NCBI GenBank assembly: GCA_021817125.1
Contig: JAKAWC010000001.1
Span: 12,327-76,326 of the forward strand
Direction of reading: 5' to 3'
DNA from: Candidatus Micrarchaeota archaeon
GTDB taxonomy: Archaea; Micrarchaeota; Micrarchaeia; Micrarchaeales; CABMGC01
Length of the DNA: 64,000 nucleotides
Made by a program: the position numbers and the translations under genes. Below, one piece after another: positions 47,702 through 58,010 of this stretch. Positions within the stretch are counted from its first letter, which is position 1. Each line of letters starts with the position of its first letter. The notes under the pieces were generated by a model. That model had not been told where the DNA came from. It worked only from the letters and a program-made list of their open reading frames with translations, and did not search any database.

Positions 47702-49096
47702 ATGAGATTCGAAATCAAATACAACACGATAGAAAGCGTCGCTGGACCGCTGGTGGTGGTCGGCAAAGTGAGGAACGCTGCGTACAACGAGATAGTCAAG
47801 ATACGGCTGCCGAACGGAGAGCAGAGGCTCGGCCAGGTTCTCGAGACGACAGACAAGCACGCGGTGGTGCAGGTCTTCGGACCTACGCAGGGAATCAATG
47901 TCGACGCGACAAGCGTCAGTTTCCTTGGAGAGACACTTAGCGTTGGCGTGTCTGAAGACATGCTCGGCAGGGTCTTCGACGGACAGGGAAGACCGAGGGA
48001 TGTTGGAGCTGGGATCGCATACGAGAGCAAGAGGGACATAAACGGAGAGCCGATAAACCCAAGCGCTAGGGCGATGCCGAGCGACTTCATAGAGACCGGA
48101 ATCTCGTCCATAGACGCGCTGTTCACGCTAGTAAGGGGACAGAAGCTGCCCATATTCTCCGCGGCAGGACTGCCGCACAATGAGCTTACCGCACAGATAG
48201 TCAGGCAGGCAAGGGTGAAGAACAGCAGCGAGGGCTTCGCTGTGGTGTTCGCAGGGATCGGGATCACGTACGACGATGCGAGCTACTTCATAGAGGAGTT
48301 CAGAAAGACCGGAGCGCTGTCCAGGACTGTGGCGTTCATCAACCTGGCTGACGACCCAAGCATAGAGAGGATAATCACCCCGAGGATAGCACTGACTACT
48401 GCAGAGTACCTTGCGTATGAAAAGGGCATGCACGTCCTGGTCATTCTCAGCGACATGACCAACTACGCAGAGGCGTTGAGAGAGCTGTCGAGCGCTAGGG
48501 AAGAGGTGCCTGGGAGGAGAGGCTACCCTGGTTATATGTACACCGACCTTGCATCGATATACGAGCGGGCAGGCATCATAAAGGGCAGGAAGGGGAGCAT
48601 AACGCAGTTCAACGTGCTCACCATGCCAGGCGGAGACATAACCCACCCTATTCCGGACCTGACAGGTTACATCACGGAGGGGCAGATCTTCCTGAACGGG
48701 GATCTGAAGAACAAGGGAGTCTATCCTCCTGTCGGCGTCCAGAGGTCCCTGTCCAGGCTTATGAACAACGGAATCGGCCCAGGAAAGACGAGAGAAGACC
48801 ACAGGGGAGTGGCCGACCAGCTTGGCGGGGCATACTCGAGGGCGCAGGAGGCGAAGAACCTCAGCGCAGTGGTCGGGGCGGAGGCGCTCTCTGACAGCGA
48901 CAAGCTGTACCTGAAGTTCGGAGAGGCGTTCGAGGCCAGATTTATAGGACAAGGCCAGTACGAGAGGCGGGACATAGAGAAGACCCTCGACATAGGCTGG
49001 GAGCTGCTGTCAATGCTTCCGGAGAACGAACTCACGAGAATCAAGAAGGACTACGTTGCGAAGTATTACAAGAAGGCGGAGAAGAAGAGTGAGTAA
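47702..49096 (+). CDS. atpB: A/V-type ATP synthase subunit B
   Basis: [44 protein letters not shown]. Confidence 0.97.
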   Translation: MRFEIKYNTIESVAGPLVVVGKVRNAAYNEIVKIRLPNGEQRLGQVLETTDKHAVVQVFGPTQGINVDATSVSFLGETLSVGVSEDMLGRVFDGQGRPRDVGAGIAYESKRDINGEPINPSARAMPSDFIETGISSIDALFTLVRGQKLPIFSAAGLPHNELTAQIVRQARVKNSSEGFAVVFAGIGITYDDASYFIEEFRKTGALSRTVAFINLADDPSIERIITPRIALTTAEYLAYEKGMHVLVILSDMTNYAEALRELSSAREEVPGRRGYPGYMYTDLASIYERAGIIKGRKGSITQFNVLTMPGGDITHPIPDLTGYITEGQIFLNGDLKNKGVYPPVGVQRSLSRLMNNGIGPGKTREDHRGVADQLGGAYSRAQEAKNLSAVVGAEALSDSDKLYLKFGEAFEARFIGQGQYERRDIEKTLDIGWELLSMLPENELTRIKKDYVAKYYKKAEKKSE

Positions 49097-49098
49097 AG

Positions 49099-49731
49099 AT
49101 GCCTGCGCAGCTCAACCCGACAAGGATGAATCTGATTAACCTCAAGAAGACGATAGCCATGGCACAGAAAGGCCATGGCATCCTAAAGAAGAAGAGAGAG
49201 GTCCTCGTCATAGAATTCCTGAAGCTGCTCCAGAAGTCGAAGAACGACCGCTCCACGCTCCTTGTCACCATGCAGGAGGGATACAAGACTGTGGTCACCG
49301 CATCGACCTATGTCGGGAACTTCGAGCTGGAGGAGGCTGCACTCTACACGCCGGAGGCCGCTCCGGTCGGCATCGCGATAAAGAATATCATGGGAGTGAG
49401 GATACCCGAGATAAGCAGAAGCGACGCGGCTGCGCCGCAGACGCTGAACATGTTCGCGTTGAAGTCATCCTCCCTCGCTGTTGATGACATATCGGACTCC
49501 TTCGCGCGAGTCAGGGACATGATAGTCGACATCGCGCAGAGGGAGCAGGGACTGAAGAGGCTAGTCCTTGAGATAGACAAGACAAAGAGGAGGGTCAACG
49601 CGCTCGAGTACATAGTCATACCAAACCTGCGCAGCCAGTCCAGATACATCTCGATGAGGCTTGAGGAGATAGACAGGGACATGTTCAGCGCGCTGAAACA
49701 CGTCAAGAAGAAACTCGACAGGGGAGAGTGA
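49099..49731 (+). CDS. atpD: A/V-type ATP synthase subunit D
   Basis: NPTRMNL, GHGILKKKR, KTKRRVNALE..IP. Confidence 0.95.
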   Translation: MPAQLNPTRMNLINLKKTIAMAQKGHGILKKKREVLVIEFLKLLQKSKNDRSTLLVTMQEGYKTVVTASTYVGNFELEEAALYTPEAAPVGIAIKNIMGVRIPEISRSDAAAPQTLNMFALKSSSLAVDDISDSFARVRDMIVDIAQREQGLKRLVLEIDKTKRRVNALEYIVIPNLRSQSRYISMRLEEIDRDMFSALKHVKKKLDRGE

Positions 49732-50402
49732 TGGTAGTAGCAGGCCTCTACAGCGGGGGCAAAGACTCCACGCTGGCGCTGCACAGGATAATCGGAACGG
49801 GGATCGAGGTCGGACTTCTTCTTACAATCGAGTCGAAGAACAGGAACAGCTACATGTTTCACTACCCAAACACCAATTGGACCGCGCTGCAGGCGGAAGC
49901 GCTTGGCATAAAGCACAAGTTCGTCCAGACGGAGGGCAAGAAGGAGGAGGAGCTGAAGGACCTGGAGAAGGCACTTGTGGACAATGGAGTCACTGCGCTC
50001 ATTACAGGAGCCACCTACAGCAAGTACCAGGGAGACAGGATTGCAGACATGTGCAATAAGCTCGGGATAGAGAATCTTGCTCCGCTCTGGCATATAGAGC
50101 CACTCGATGAGCTCCGCGAGCTTGACAGGGACTTTGATGCTATCGTCACATCGGTATCCGCTGAAGGGCTTGATAAATCGTTCCTCGGAGAGAGGATAGA
50201 CCAGGGAATGATAGACAGGCTGGTCCTGCTTAACAAGAGATACGGGATAAACCTGCTCTTCGAGGGAGGAGAGGCAGAGAGCTTCGTGCTCGACGCCCCG
50301 CTCTTCAGGAAATGGATAAAAGTCAACAAATCCCACATCGAGTGGAACGGGACGAGCGGCGCTTACTTCATCGATGACGCAGAACTCGTTGGCAAGAAAT
50401 AG
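49728..50402 (+). CDS. diphthine--ammonia ligase (Dph6 family)
   Basis: LYSGGKDS, SYMFH, S.YQ..R, PLW, EGGEAES.V.DAP. Confidence 0.92.
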   Translation: MMVVAGLYSGGKDSTLALHRIIGTGIEVGLLLTIESKNRNSYMFHYPNTNWTALQAEALGIKHKFVQTEGKKEEELKDLEKALVDNGVTALITGATYSKYQGDRIADMCNKLGIENLAPLWHIEPLDELRELDRDFDAIVTSVSAEGLDKSFLGERIDQGMIDRLVLLNKRYGINLLFEGGEAESFVLDAPLFRKWIKVNKSHIEWNGTSGAYFIDDAELVGKK

Positions 50403-50446
50403 AAAACTATATTAGGGTTGATGGGGGATAGGATAGTCATCTTGAT

Positions 50447-50517
50447 GGAGGCATCGTCTAGTGGTAGGATAGCGCCTTTACACGGCGCGGGCCTGGGTTC
50501 GATTCCCTGTGCCTCCA
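50447..50517 (+). tRNA. tRNA-Val(TAC)
   Basis: Acceptor GGAGGCA/TGCCTCC-A, anticodon arm GCGCC-TTTACAC-GGCGC, T loop GGTTCGATTCC; one T:T mismatch in the T stem. Confidence 0.9.
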
Positions 50518-50593
50518 TTTTTCTTCTCAGAGAGCTATATGTTACATTCCTAACCAGAAGTCTTTATATACTTTGCCATGCATAGATAAAAGC

Positions 50594-51775
50594 ATGGATT
50601 GGGTTGAGGATCTCATATCTAAATCTCAAGTGAAGTTGTTTCCAACGCTTCATCCGCACACTTTAGACGCCGTAAACAGGTATGTTGCGAGCAGGAGGGC
50701 AAAGGGTGTAAACGAAAAGACCATACTCAGGGACCTTTACACGCTGAGGCTTTTCTCAGACGCCTTCGGAAAGAGGGACTACGCCAAGGCCACCAGGGAG
50801 GATCTCGAGGCGGCCCTCACGAAACTTGAGCAGGGCGGCAAGTCAGAGAGCACAAAGGAGAAGGTCAGGGTCACCATAAAGTCATTCTATAAGTATGCCA
50901 TGGGGAAGGACCTATTCTATCCCGAGCAGGTCGCTTGGATAAAGTCCGTGAGGAGGAAGATGCGCCATCTTCCGGACCTTCTCGAGGAGGAGGACATTGC
51001 CACGCTGCTGGGCGCCACGAAGAACCTCCGCGATAAGGCGATAATAGCTCTCCTGTTTGATTCCGGCATAAGGGCGGGGGAGCTCATAAACATGAAGGCA
51101 AAGGACGTCGACCTTGCCAAAGAGCCGGCTCACATCATCGTGGATGGCAAGACGGGAATGAGGCAGGTGCCTATCATGTTCTCTGTACCATACCTTGCCG
51201 ATTACCTGAACGCAGAGCGGAGGAAGCCTGGCGAGCACCTGTTTACACAGGAAGGCGTCTGGAAGGATAAGAACATGCCCATAGATAACCATGCCCTGGG
51301 CACCATGCTTAGAAAGGTGGCAAAGCGCGCAGGCATAGGCAAGCACGTGCACCCCCATTTATTCAGGCATAGCAGGGCAACCTATTACGCAAACAGGCTA
51401 ACGGAGCAGCAGCTCAAGGTCTTCTTCGGCTGGGTTGGAGACAGCAAGATGGCTAGCACGTATGTCCACCTCTCAGGAAGGGACATAGACAATGCCATTC
51501 TCCGGGCAAATGGATTTAAGACGCAGGAAGTTAAGATGGCACCAAAACTGGTAGCAAAGATATGTGCTAAGTGCAAAGCCTCAAACACGATGGAAGCGAT
51601 CTACTGCACCAGATGTGGAGCCCCCCTAGATATAAGCACGGCCATGAAAATGCAGGAGGCAGAAGTGAAGGTAAACGATGCGCTCCTAGAATCGATTAAA
51701 GACCCGAAGATAATAGAGGAGATAGTGCACGCTTATCTCATGCAGCAGAAGGAGAAGTCAAGAGCACGAGGTTAG
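50594..51775 (+). CDS. tyrosine recombinase/integrase with a C-terminal zinc ribbon
   Basis: DSGIRAGE (R), DGKTG (K), HLFRHSRAT (HxxR), MASTYVH (Y), CAKC..CTRCG; directly after tRNA-Val. Confidence 0.95.
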   Translation: MDWVEDLISKSQVKLFPTLHPHTLDAVNRYVASRRAKGVNEKTILRDLYTLRLFSDAFGKRDYAKATREDLEAALTKLEQGGKSESTKEKVRVTIKSFYKYAMGKDLFYPEQVAWIKSVRRKMRHLPDLLEEEDIATLLGATKNLRDKAIIALLFDSGIRAGELINMKAKDVDLAKEPAHIIVDGKTGMRQVPIMFSVPYLADYLNAERRKPGEHLFTQEGVWKDKNMPIDNHALGTMLRKVAKRAGIGKHVHPHLFRHSRATYYANRLTEQQLKVFFGWVGDSKMASTYVHLSGRDIDNAILRANGFKTQEVKMAPKLVAKICAKCKASNTMEAIYCTRCGAPLDISTAMKMQEAEVKVNDALLESIKDPKIIEEIVHAYLMQQKEKSRARG

Positions 51776-51967
51776 AAGCAAAAGCCTCGTAGAAGGTTTT
51801 TATAATGGTTTACCTTATTCTTATTCATGACAAGCGTAGGCGACTTTAACGGATTCTCTAGAGATTAAAATATTACATCTCGGATAATCGGTATCTCTAT
51901 ATTATACACCAAATCGCAAAGCAAAGCGCGTTTTATATAGTTTCGGATGTAAACGATTAACGATTAG

Positions 51968-52600
51968 ATGAGTAACAAGTTAATCGAATTGTTCGGTGAT
52001 AAACTTATCATAGCTAAAGTTAAGAAACGACTTCCACACTTATTTCAGCTTGCCGAGTTAGAGAGTTCTAGAGCGGGAAAGATAGGCATGGAGGTAGGTT
52101 CCGTAAGAGAAAAGATAATCAGTTCCCTTCTCATATATAAGTTTGGAGAAGAAAACGTCGAAACAGAACTGCCTATTACTGAACCAGAAGTGGACGTGAG
52201 GCTTTTCGGATCATCTATATCAATAAAAACAATAACTGGCAAAGAACCGGTAGGGGTTAAGCTTATTTGGACTGTCGATGCAGAAAAAGCGCGGCAATTC
52301 CTAGAAAGTTGGAAACCTAATTGTAATTTAATTTTAGTACAAGTTAATTGGAATGGAATCGGAGGAGTTTATTATATATCAACTGAAACGCAACTTCAAG
52401 TGTTCAGGAAGCTAGGACGTGAGAGGTATATCAAACTACCAAAGGCGGGTACGAACCCGAGAGGCGTTGAGATCTCTAAAGAAGCATTGAAGGCGTTAAT
52501 TGATGACAAGGACACAAAGGCTATTATAGTTGAGTGGAAAAAAGATAGTGTAGATTATAATCCATATAAGAGATGGGTTGATCTGTGGAAGGAGGATTAA
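51968..52600 (+). CDS. type II restriction endonuclease, ThaI-like (CGCG)
   Basis: RLP.LFQLAELESSRAGKIGMEVGS.RE, EPEVDV, ISIKT, KLIWTVD, GTNPRG recalled as the ThaI family; adjacent methylase. Confidence 0.8.
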   Translation: MSNKLIELFGDKLIIAKVKKRLPHLFQLAELESSRAGKIGMEVGSVREKIISSLLIYKFGEENVETELPITEPEVDVRLFGSSISIKTITGKEPVGVKLIWTVDAEKARQFLESWKPNCNLILVQVNWNGIGGVYYISTETQLQVFRKLGRERYIKLPKAGTNPRGVEISKEALKALIDDKDTKAIIVEWKKDSVDYNPYKRWVDLWKED

Positions 52601-53545
52601 GTGTCTGACCAACCAAAGAAAAACGGCTCACAGACAAGTGCTTTCGGTAGTCCAAGCAGAGCTAATCACGATTCTTCTAAGTTTTATAGCGGCAGATTAT
52701 ACGAAGGCCTACCTAAGGCAAAAGAAGACGTTATTTTTGAAGAAAATAAGATACCTACAAACAGACTCAACAAGATATTCTGTTCATCAGCAGAGATTAT
52801 GAAAGAGTTGCCCGATAATAGCGTGCACCTGATGGTTACGTCACCACCTTATAATGTAGGTAAATTGTATGATAAAGAACTAACATTGGAGGAATACAGA
52901 GGATTCCTAACTAGAATTTGGAAGGAAGTTTATCGTGTTCTAGTTCCGGGTGGAAGAGCATGCATAAATGTTGCTAACTTAGGAAGGAAACCATATATAC
53001 CACTGCACACTTTTATAATAGAAGACATGCAAAAGCTAGGTTTCTTGATGAGAGGCGAAGTTATTTGGGAGAAAGGTGCTAGTGCGAGTTCTTCTATTGC
53101 ATGGGGCTCGTATTTGTCTGCTAAGAACCCTGTTTTAAGAGATGGACATGAATACATCCTGATATTCTCTAAAGAGTCATTTACGAGAGGTATAAAGGAA
53201 GAGATGAAATCTACAATAACAAAGGAGGAGTTCATAGAATATACAAAGAGCATCTGGTCTTTCAATGCCGAGTCTGCAACAAGGATAGGACATCCAGCAC
53301 CGTATCCAGTAGAATTGCCATCTAGATGTATTAAACTCTATACATTTGAGAATGAGGTCGTTTTAGATCCATTTATGGGAAGCGGAACAACTGCCGTTGC
53401 GGCGCTAATGCTCAGCAGGAAGTTTGTAGGTTATGACGTAGAGGAGAAGTACATCAAACTTGCCGAGAAGAGGATAGAATCGGTTAGAGACACGTCCAAG
53501 CAACAGAAAATTACTAAAGCGGAGATTTACGAGCAGCCACAATAA
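52601..53545 (+). CDS. beta-class amino (N4-C/N6-A) DNA methyltransferase
   Basis: Motif IV TSPPY precedes HPAPYP and motif I LDPFMGSGTT. Confidence 0.93.
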   Translation: MSDQPKKNGSQTSAFGSPSRANHDSSKFYSGRLYEGLPKAKEDVIFEENKIPTNRLNKIFCSSAEIMKELPDNSVHLMVTSPPYNVGKLYDKELTLEEYRGFLTRIWKEVYRVLVPGGRACINVANLGRKPYIPLHTFIIEDMQKLGFLMRGEVIWEKGASASSSIAWGSYLSAKNPVLRDGHEYILIFSKESFTRGIKEEMKSTITKEEFIEYTKSIWSFNAESATRIGHPAPYPVELPSRCIKLYTFENEVVLDPFMGSGTTAVAALMLSRKFVGYDVEEKYIKLAEKRIESVRDTSKQQKITKAEIYEQPQ

Positions 53546-53682
53546 GTCCTTTCTATTAACGCTATTTTAGTTAGTCTTCTCTTTCTGCCCTTCCACTTTC
53601 TTTTTCTCCTTTCTACCTTCCTCCTTCTCGAAGACGTTTACCGCCGTTTTGCCTGCCTGTCGCGCGGAGCGCCCCACTGGTT

Positions 53683-54606
53683 TCACGGGTTTCGCGTCTT
53701 TTCTCCGGTCTTCTTCTGTCCGTTCTTGGCATTCTTCGGCCTTAGCACCGCCTCCAATAACTCAAGCTCGGCTTCGTCAGTCAGGTGGGCATCGATGTTT
53801 ATGTGCTTCTTTCCTGCCGAGTCGGCGATTATGCATCCTGGGCCGACAGCATCTTTTATCATCTTCTCAAGCTCGCCAAGAGCCTCGAAGTTTCTTGCGT
53901 CTAGCGCCGAGATGGCGAAGTGTAAAATCGGGATTAGCTTGCCCGCCTGCGCCATCGCAATCCTGCTCTCAATGCCGTAGAACGTGGCGTCGTATTCGGC
54001 GTGCTCTAAAAACGGATTCCGGATTGCGTCCGCCATTGCCTTGCCCCCCTGCTCTAGCCAGTCTGCGTAGAAATCGCTGTTGAGGTAGTAGCCCCTGCTG
54101 GCTCTTTTGTCGGCAAGTTCACGGGTCTCCACCACATGGACGTACGCACCGGCCAACCCGTCCAGCATCTTCTGCACGGTATATCCGCCTATGAGCAATG
54201 GCACCTTCCTTCGGTCCGGGAAAAGTGTATGGTATGCTATGCCGAGCGCCCTCTCGGCAGTGTCTCCGGCAAGGTTTCCAAGCCGATTCAGCATCTCAAG
54301 GAAAGCGTCTTCTCCGGGCAGCAATGCCGTTATTGCACGGAGGTCATCATCGGCAGTCTTCTCCGTCGCATTCATTGCAGTCACCAACTTGCCGAGCGTG
54401 CTAAAAAGGCGCATGTTTGCTATCAGGTTCTCGAGCACCTTGTTTATGTACCTATCCTTTATCCTGTCGACAACCATCACCCCGCCCTTCTCCCCTAATA
54501 TGCTTATAATCACTTTTTCCCTGTCCAGGAGCGCGCTCTTCAGCCTGCCGGGATTCTCCTTCAACAGCTTTAGTCCGTCTATCCTGCCGCTTTCTGCATT
54601 AGCCAT
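53683..54606 (-). CDS. hypothetical protein
   Basis: 307-aa ORF with a TATA-like TTTAAATA upstream; no motif recognised. Confidence 0.65.
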   Translation of the reverse strand: MANAESGRIDGLKLLKENPGRLKSALLDREKVIISILGEKGGVMVVDRIKDRYINKVLENLIANMRLFSTLGKLVTAMNATEKTADDDLRAITALLPGEDAFLEMLNRLGNLAGDTAERALGIAYHTLFPDRRKVPLLIGGYTVQKMLDGLAGAYVHVVETRELADKRASRGYYLNSDFYADWLEQGGKAMADAIRNPFLEHAEYDATFYGIESRIAMAQAGKLIPILHFAISALDARNFEALGELEKMIKDAVGPGCIIADSAGKKHINIDAHLTDEAELELLEAVLRPKNAKNGQKKTGEKTRNP

Positions 54607-54762
54607 AGGTATGCACTAGATGGGTATGTTACAATAAGTATTTAAATCTTTCAATTTATCATCATTTATACTAAAGTAAACATATTTTCACCAATAGCTT
54701 TATAAATATCCATTATTATATATTATAATTAGTTACGGTATAATAAAATAAATGGTGGAAAT

Positions 54763-55410
54763 ATGAAAAACACAATCGTGTACATAGACGGGGGATACGT
54801 CGCGAAGGTCGCCGAGCACCTGAGGGACAAGACGGGCGCGAAGATGAGCCTGGTCGATACCGTGCGCAACCTTGCGGAATCGCAGGGGCTCAACTGCACC
54901 AAGGCGTACTACTACGACGCGCCTCCGATGGCGGGCATGGTGCCGATCGGCTTCAGGGACGTCGTGCGGTTCGAGAGGTACAAGAGGCTCGTGCGCAGGC
55001 TCGAGCGCGCCGGGAACTTCGTGGTCAGGGAGGGGAGGGTCCAGCGGATAAACGGGTCGTACAGGCAGAAGGGCGTGGACGCCCTCGTAATCATGGACCT
55101 GCTCGAAGAGCCTTTCGCGGAGGAGGGCGTGGACACCATAATCATCCTCGCCGGGGACACCGACTTCGTGCCGGTCCTCCAGAGGCTCAGGGAGAAGGGC
55201 ATAAAGGTCATCCTGGCCTGCTACCCTCCACAGCCGGACACTACGAGGTTCGGGGTATCGGACTACATGCTCGGCGCATGCGACAAGCTTGTCCTGCTCA
55301 AGTATGACGCAACGGAGAAGGAGGGTCCGGCAAAAGAGACTCCGGTCAAGGCCATGCTGGTCAGGAGGATGCAGTCAGAGCTGTTCGGCGGCGTCCAAAT
55401 CCTCCGGTGA
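54763..55410 (+). CDS. NYN/LabA (PIN-fold) ribonuclease-domain protein
   Basis: VYIDGGY, YYYD, QKGVD..IMD, LAGDTDFVP, REKGIKV. Confidence 0.9.
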   Translation: MKNTIVYIDGGYVAKVAEHLRDKTGAKMSLVDTVRNLAESQGLNCTKAYYYDAPPMAGMVPIGFRDVVRFERYKRLVRRLERAGNFVVREGRVQRINGSYRQKGVDALVIMDLLEEPFAEEGVDTIIILAGDTDFVPVLQRLREKGIKVILACYPPQPDTTRFGVSDYMLGACDKLVLLKYDATEKEGPAKETPVKAMLVRRMQSELFGGVQILR

Positions 55411-55499
55411 GGGGGATAAATGCACAGGTGTCCACAAATCCATAGCACTTTAAGGATATATTGAAGTAAATGAAATTTATCTGCGTAAAAGATGATTGG

Positions 55500-55646
55500 A
55501 TGAAAAAGCTCGAGAAACCGATGCTTGTCCTGCTCAGCCGCGACCTGTCAGAGTGGCTCGAGCAGAAGGCACAGCAGGGGTACAAGAAGGGCTCGCTCGT
55601 CAGGCACATCCTTGAGAAATACAAGGAGGCTGAGAGCGGCTCTTAG
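55500..55646 (+). CDS. 48-aa ribbon-helix-helix protein (absent from the ORF track)
   Basis: MKKLEKPMLVLLSRDLSEWLEQKAQQGYKKGSLVRHILEKYKEAESGS; stop abuts the next GTG. Confidence 0.7.
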   Translation: MKKLEKPMLVLLSRDLSEWLEQKAQQGYKKGSLVRHILEKYKEAESGS

Positions 55647-55846
55647 TGAAGCCGGAAACGGCATCTGGGGGTACTATGGGGGATGAAGGACGCGAAGAGA
55701 GAGTGAAAGCGTACTCAGAGGCGATTGCACAGTTCTTCGAGCATTCTGAGCTTCTTGGGAGTGATGCGCGAAGGGCTTTCGTGCTCCACATAAAAGAGCT
55801 CGTGGAGAGGGAGATGAAGATGAAACAAAAACAACTATCGCTGTGA
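55646..55846 (+). CDS. small hypothetical protein
   Basis: In an operon between the RHH and the ATPase. Confidence 0.5.
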   Translation: MKPETASGGTMGDEGREERVKAYSEAIAQFFEHSELLGSDARRAFVLHIKELVEREMKMKQKQLSL

Positions 55847-55850
55847 TTTT

Positions 55851-58010
55851 ATGGCAATGATGATTGAGACTTCCGTGGGGAGCGCCGTGGGTTCGCTGAG
55901 GGCAAGGATAGACGGGGATTCCCGGCTGAAGACGAGGGCGAAGGTCGCTCTGGGCATGCTCGGCTCTGCGGTCGTGATATTGTACTTCAACGCCGTCGCG
56001 CTGTCCGTCTTCTATGGCGTGTTCGGGAGCACGGCGTTATTGGCAGCCGCCCTGGTTCTCGGCAACGCCCTGCTGGTCAGGAGCGCGAAGAAAAGGCACG
56101 AGAAGGCCGCCAAGCCGAGGCCAAAGAAGGGCGAGATCTACATCGGAAGGTCTTACGCGCACAGCACCGAGATATACGGCAACGTAAGGGAGAGGACCAT
56201 CGGAGGCTCGGCTGCGGGAGGCCGCTCCTCGCTGAAAGCTGTGGAGGTGGGCACCGATGGCGACCATTACATAGACTACCTGAACGAGCCGAACCCGCAC
56301 GTCCTCATGCTGGGAAGCACGTCGAGCGGCAAGACCACGACGATGCGCACCTTCGTCTCAAGGGCTGCGCTCCAGGACAAGGTAAACTTCCTTGCCATTG
56401 ACTGGAACGGCGAGTCGGAGGAGTGGGCGAGGATGACCAACGCCACGTTCTGGAAGGTGCCGGAGAACCTGAAGGTCAACCCGTTCCTGCTGAACGGTCT
56501 CTCAAAAGAGGCGAGGGCGAGCGTGGCTACCGAGAACTTCGTAGTGGCGGCGCACCTGACGCCACTCCAGTCGACGAAGCTGAAGAGCTCGCTTCTCGGC
56601 TTCTACCTCAACGGCAAGGAGCCCAGCCTCTTTGAGCTGTGGCAGGTTCTCTGTGCGAGGGAGAAGAACGACCTCATTGGCCACAGGATGCGCGCGATAC
56701 AGCGCGTCATAGGCACGGAGCCTGACGGCTTCTGGGAGCGCGTCATGTCCGGGAACAATATCATAAGCCTTGCCGGCCTGAACGAGAGCGAGAAGTCGCT
56801 GGTCGCCTACGCGCTCCTCCAAAGGCTGACCGAGGTCTTTGAGAAGAGCCCTGACATGAACGGCAGACTCAGGCTCATGGTGGTCCTCGACGAGGCGTGG
56901 CAGTTCCTGACAGGGGAGCGGCGCGAGTTCGGCATAGAGACGCACCAGGAGTCCATAGTGGAGAAGATAATTCGCCTTGGAAGGAAGTACGGGTTCGGGA
57001 TGGTCATCTCCACCCAGCAGGTCGAGGACCTGCCCAACGTCTTCATAAACTCCAGCGCGCTGGTCATGCTCCACTACTACCGCAACGTCGGGCTCTACAA
57101 CAAGAAGAAGTTCGACCTGACGCCCTTCGAGCTCGCCTACGTCCGCTCCGCGGCGCAGGGGGAGATGCTCCTCTTCGACAGGGCTATGAACCACAGGGGC
57201 AAGTGGCACTCCGAATACATCAAGGTCGCGCCGCTGACGGAGAAGGAGGCCGCCCAGCTTGCCAACCTGCAGAAGCTCTTCGTTCCGCCGAAGATAGACG
57301 AGCCTGAGATGCCCATCGAGGAGTACCATAACGGCAGGCCTGTGACCAACAGGGTCACTGTGAAGGCGTACAGGGCGGCATTCCCTATTCCCGTGGGCGC
57401 GCCCACGCCGGCGATGCATGCCGCCATGCTGGGCATCCAGAATAGCAGGAGCAAGACGATGTCACAGATAATAGGCTACATAAGGTCGCGGGGCTGGCTA
57501 ACCAGCTACTCCACGCTCTACGGCTCAAACGGAAGCAAGCCAGGCATCCTGGACACGCTCATAAAGGCGGGCTTCGCCCAGAAGGATGGCGAGCACTACT
57601 CCCTGACCGAGAAGGGCCTCGGCTGGGTCGACCCCATGCGCATCCTGATGAACCAGTCGGAGCGCCTCGGGTCGGAGGAGCACAGGCTCCTGCTTGTAAG
57701 GACGACAGAGCTCCTGCACGAGAATAATACTCTTGTACTGACGACAAGGGAGAAGCACTCGTTCGACCTGCTCTCCTACCCCGTCCACGAGAAGAAGAAG
57801 TGGATCTGGGACCAGAAAGGCATAAAGGGATACGAGGCCCAGACCAGCGCGAGGAAGGACTCCGTGGACGAGAACAAGGGCAAGGCGGAGAGATGGAAGA
57901 TACCCTTGGTCTGGATAGCGAACGATTCTAGCATCTTGGAAGCGATAAAGGGGCTCACGAATAACACGAACGAATATATGCTGATAACTGATAATATGGT
58001 ACGACCATGA
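55851..58010 (+). CDS. membrane-anchored VirD4/HerA-like ATPase with C-terminal wHTH and PD-(D/E)XK-like domains
   Basis: Two N-terminal TMs, NPHVLMLGSTSSGKT, IDWNGE, VVLDEAW, RLGRKYG..STQ; tail YSLTEKG...EEH...SFDL...GYEAQT. Confidence 0.85.
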   Translation: MAMMIETSVGSAVGSLRARIDGDSRLKTRAKVALGMLGSAVVILYFNAVALSVFYGVFGSTALLAAALVLGNALLVRSAKKRHEKAAKPRPKKGEIYIGRSYAHSTEIYGNVRERTIGGSAAGGRSSLKAVEVGTDGDHYIDYLNEPNPHVLMLGSTSSGKTTTMRTFVSRAALQDKVNFLAIDWNGESEEWARMTNATFWKVPENLKVNPFLLNGLSKEARASVATENFVVAAHLTPLQSTKLKSSLLGFYLNGKEPSLFELWQVLCAREKNDLIGHRMRAIQRVIGTEPDGFWERVMSGNNIISLAGLNESEKSLVAYALLQRLTEVFEKSPDMNGRLRLMVVLDEAWQFLTGERREFGIETHQESIVEKIIRLGRKYGFGMVISTQQVEDLPNVFINSSALVMLHYYRNVGLYNKKKFDLTPFELAYVRSAAQGEMLLFDRAMNHRGKWHSEYIKVAPLTEKEAAQLANLQKLFVPPKIDEPEMPIEEYHNGRPVTNRVTVKAYRAAFPIPVGAPTPAMHAAMLGIQNSRSKTMSQIIGYIRSRGWLTSYSTLYGSNGSKPGILDTLIKAGFAQKDGEHYSLTEKGLGWVDPMRILMNQSERLGSEEHRLLLVRTTELLHENNTLVLTTREKHSFDLLSYPVHEKKKWIWDQKGIKGYEAQTSARKDSVDENKGKAERWKIPLVWIANDSSILEAIKGLTNNTNEYMLITDNMVRP

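Noticed and set aside
45919..49096. Inteins in ATP synthase A/B
   Set aside because: Both proteins are normal length with continuous motifs.
53570..53680. Pyrimidine-rich tract / possible 35-aa Glu/Lys-rich minus-strand ORF
   Set aside because: Low complexity between convergent genes; more likely a terminator region or gene remnant.
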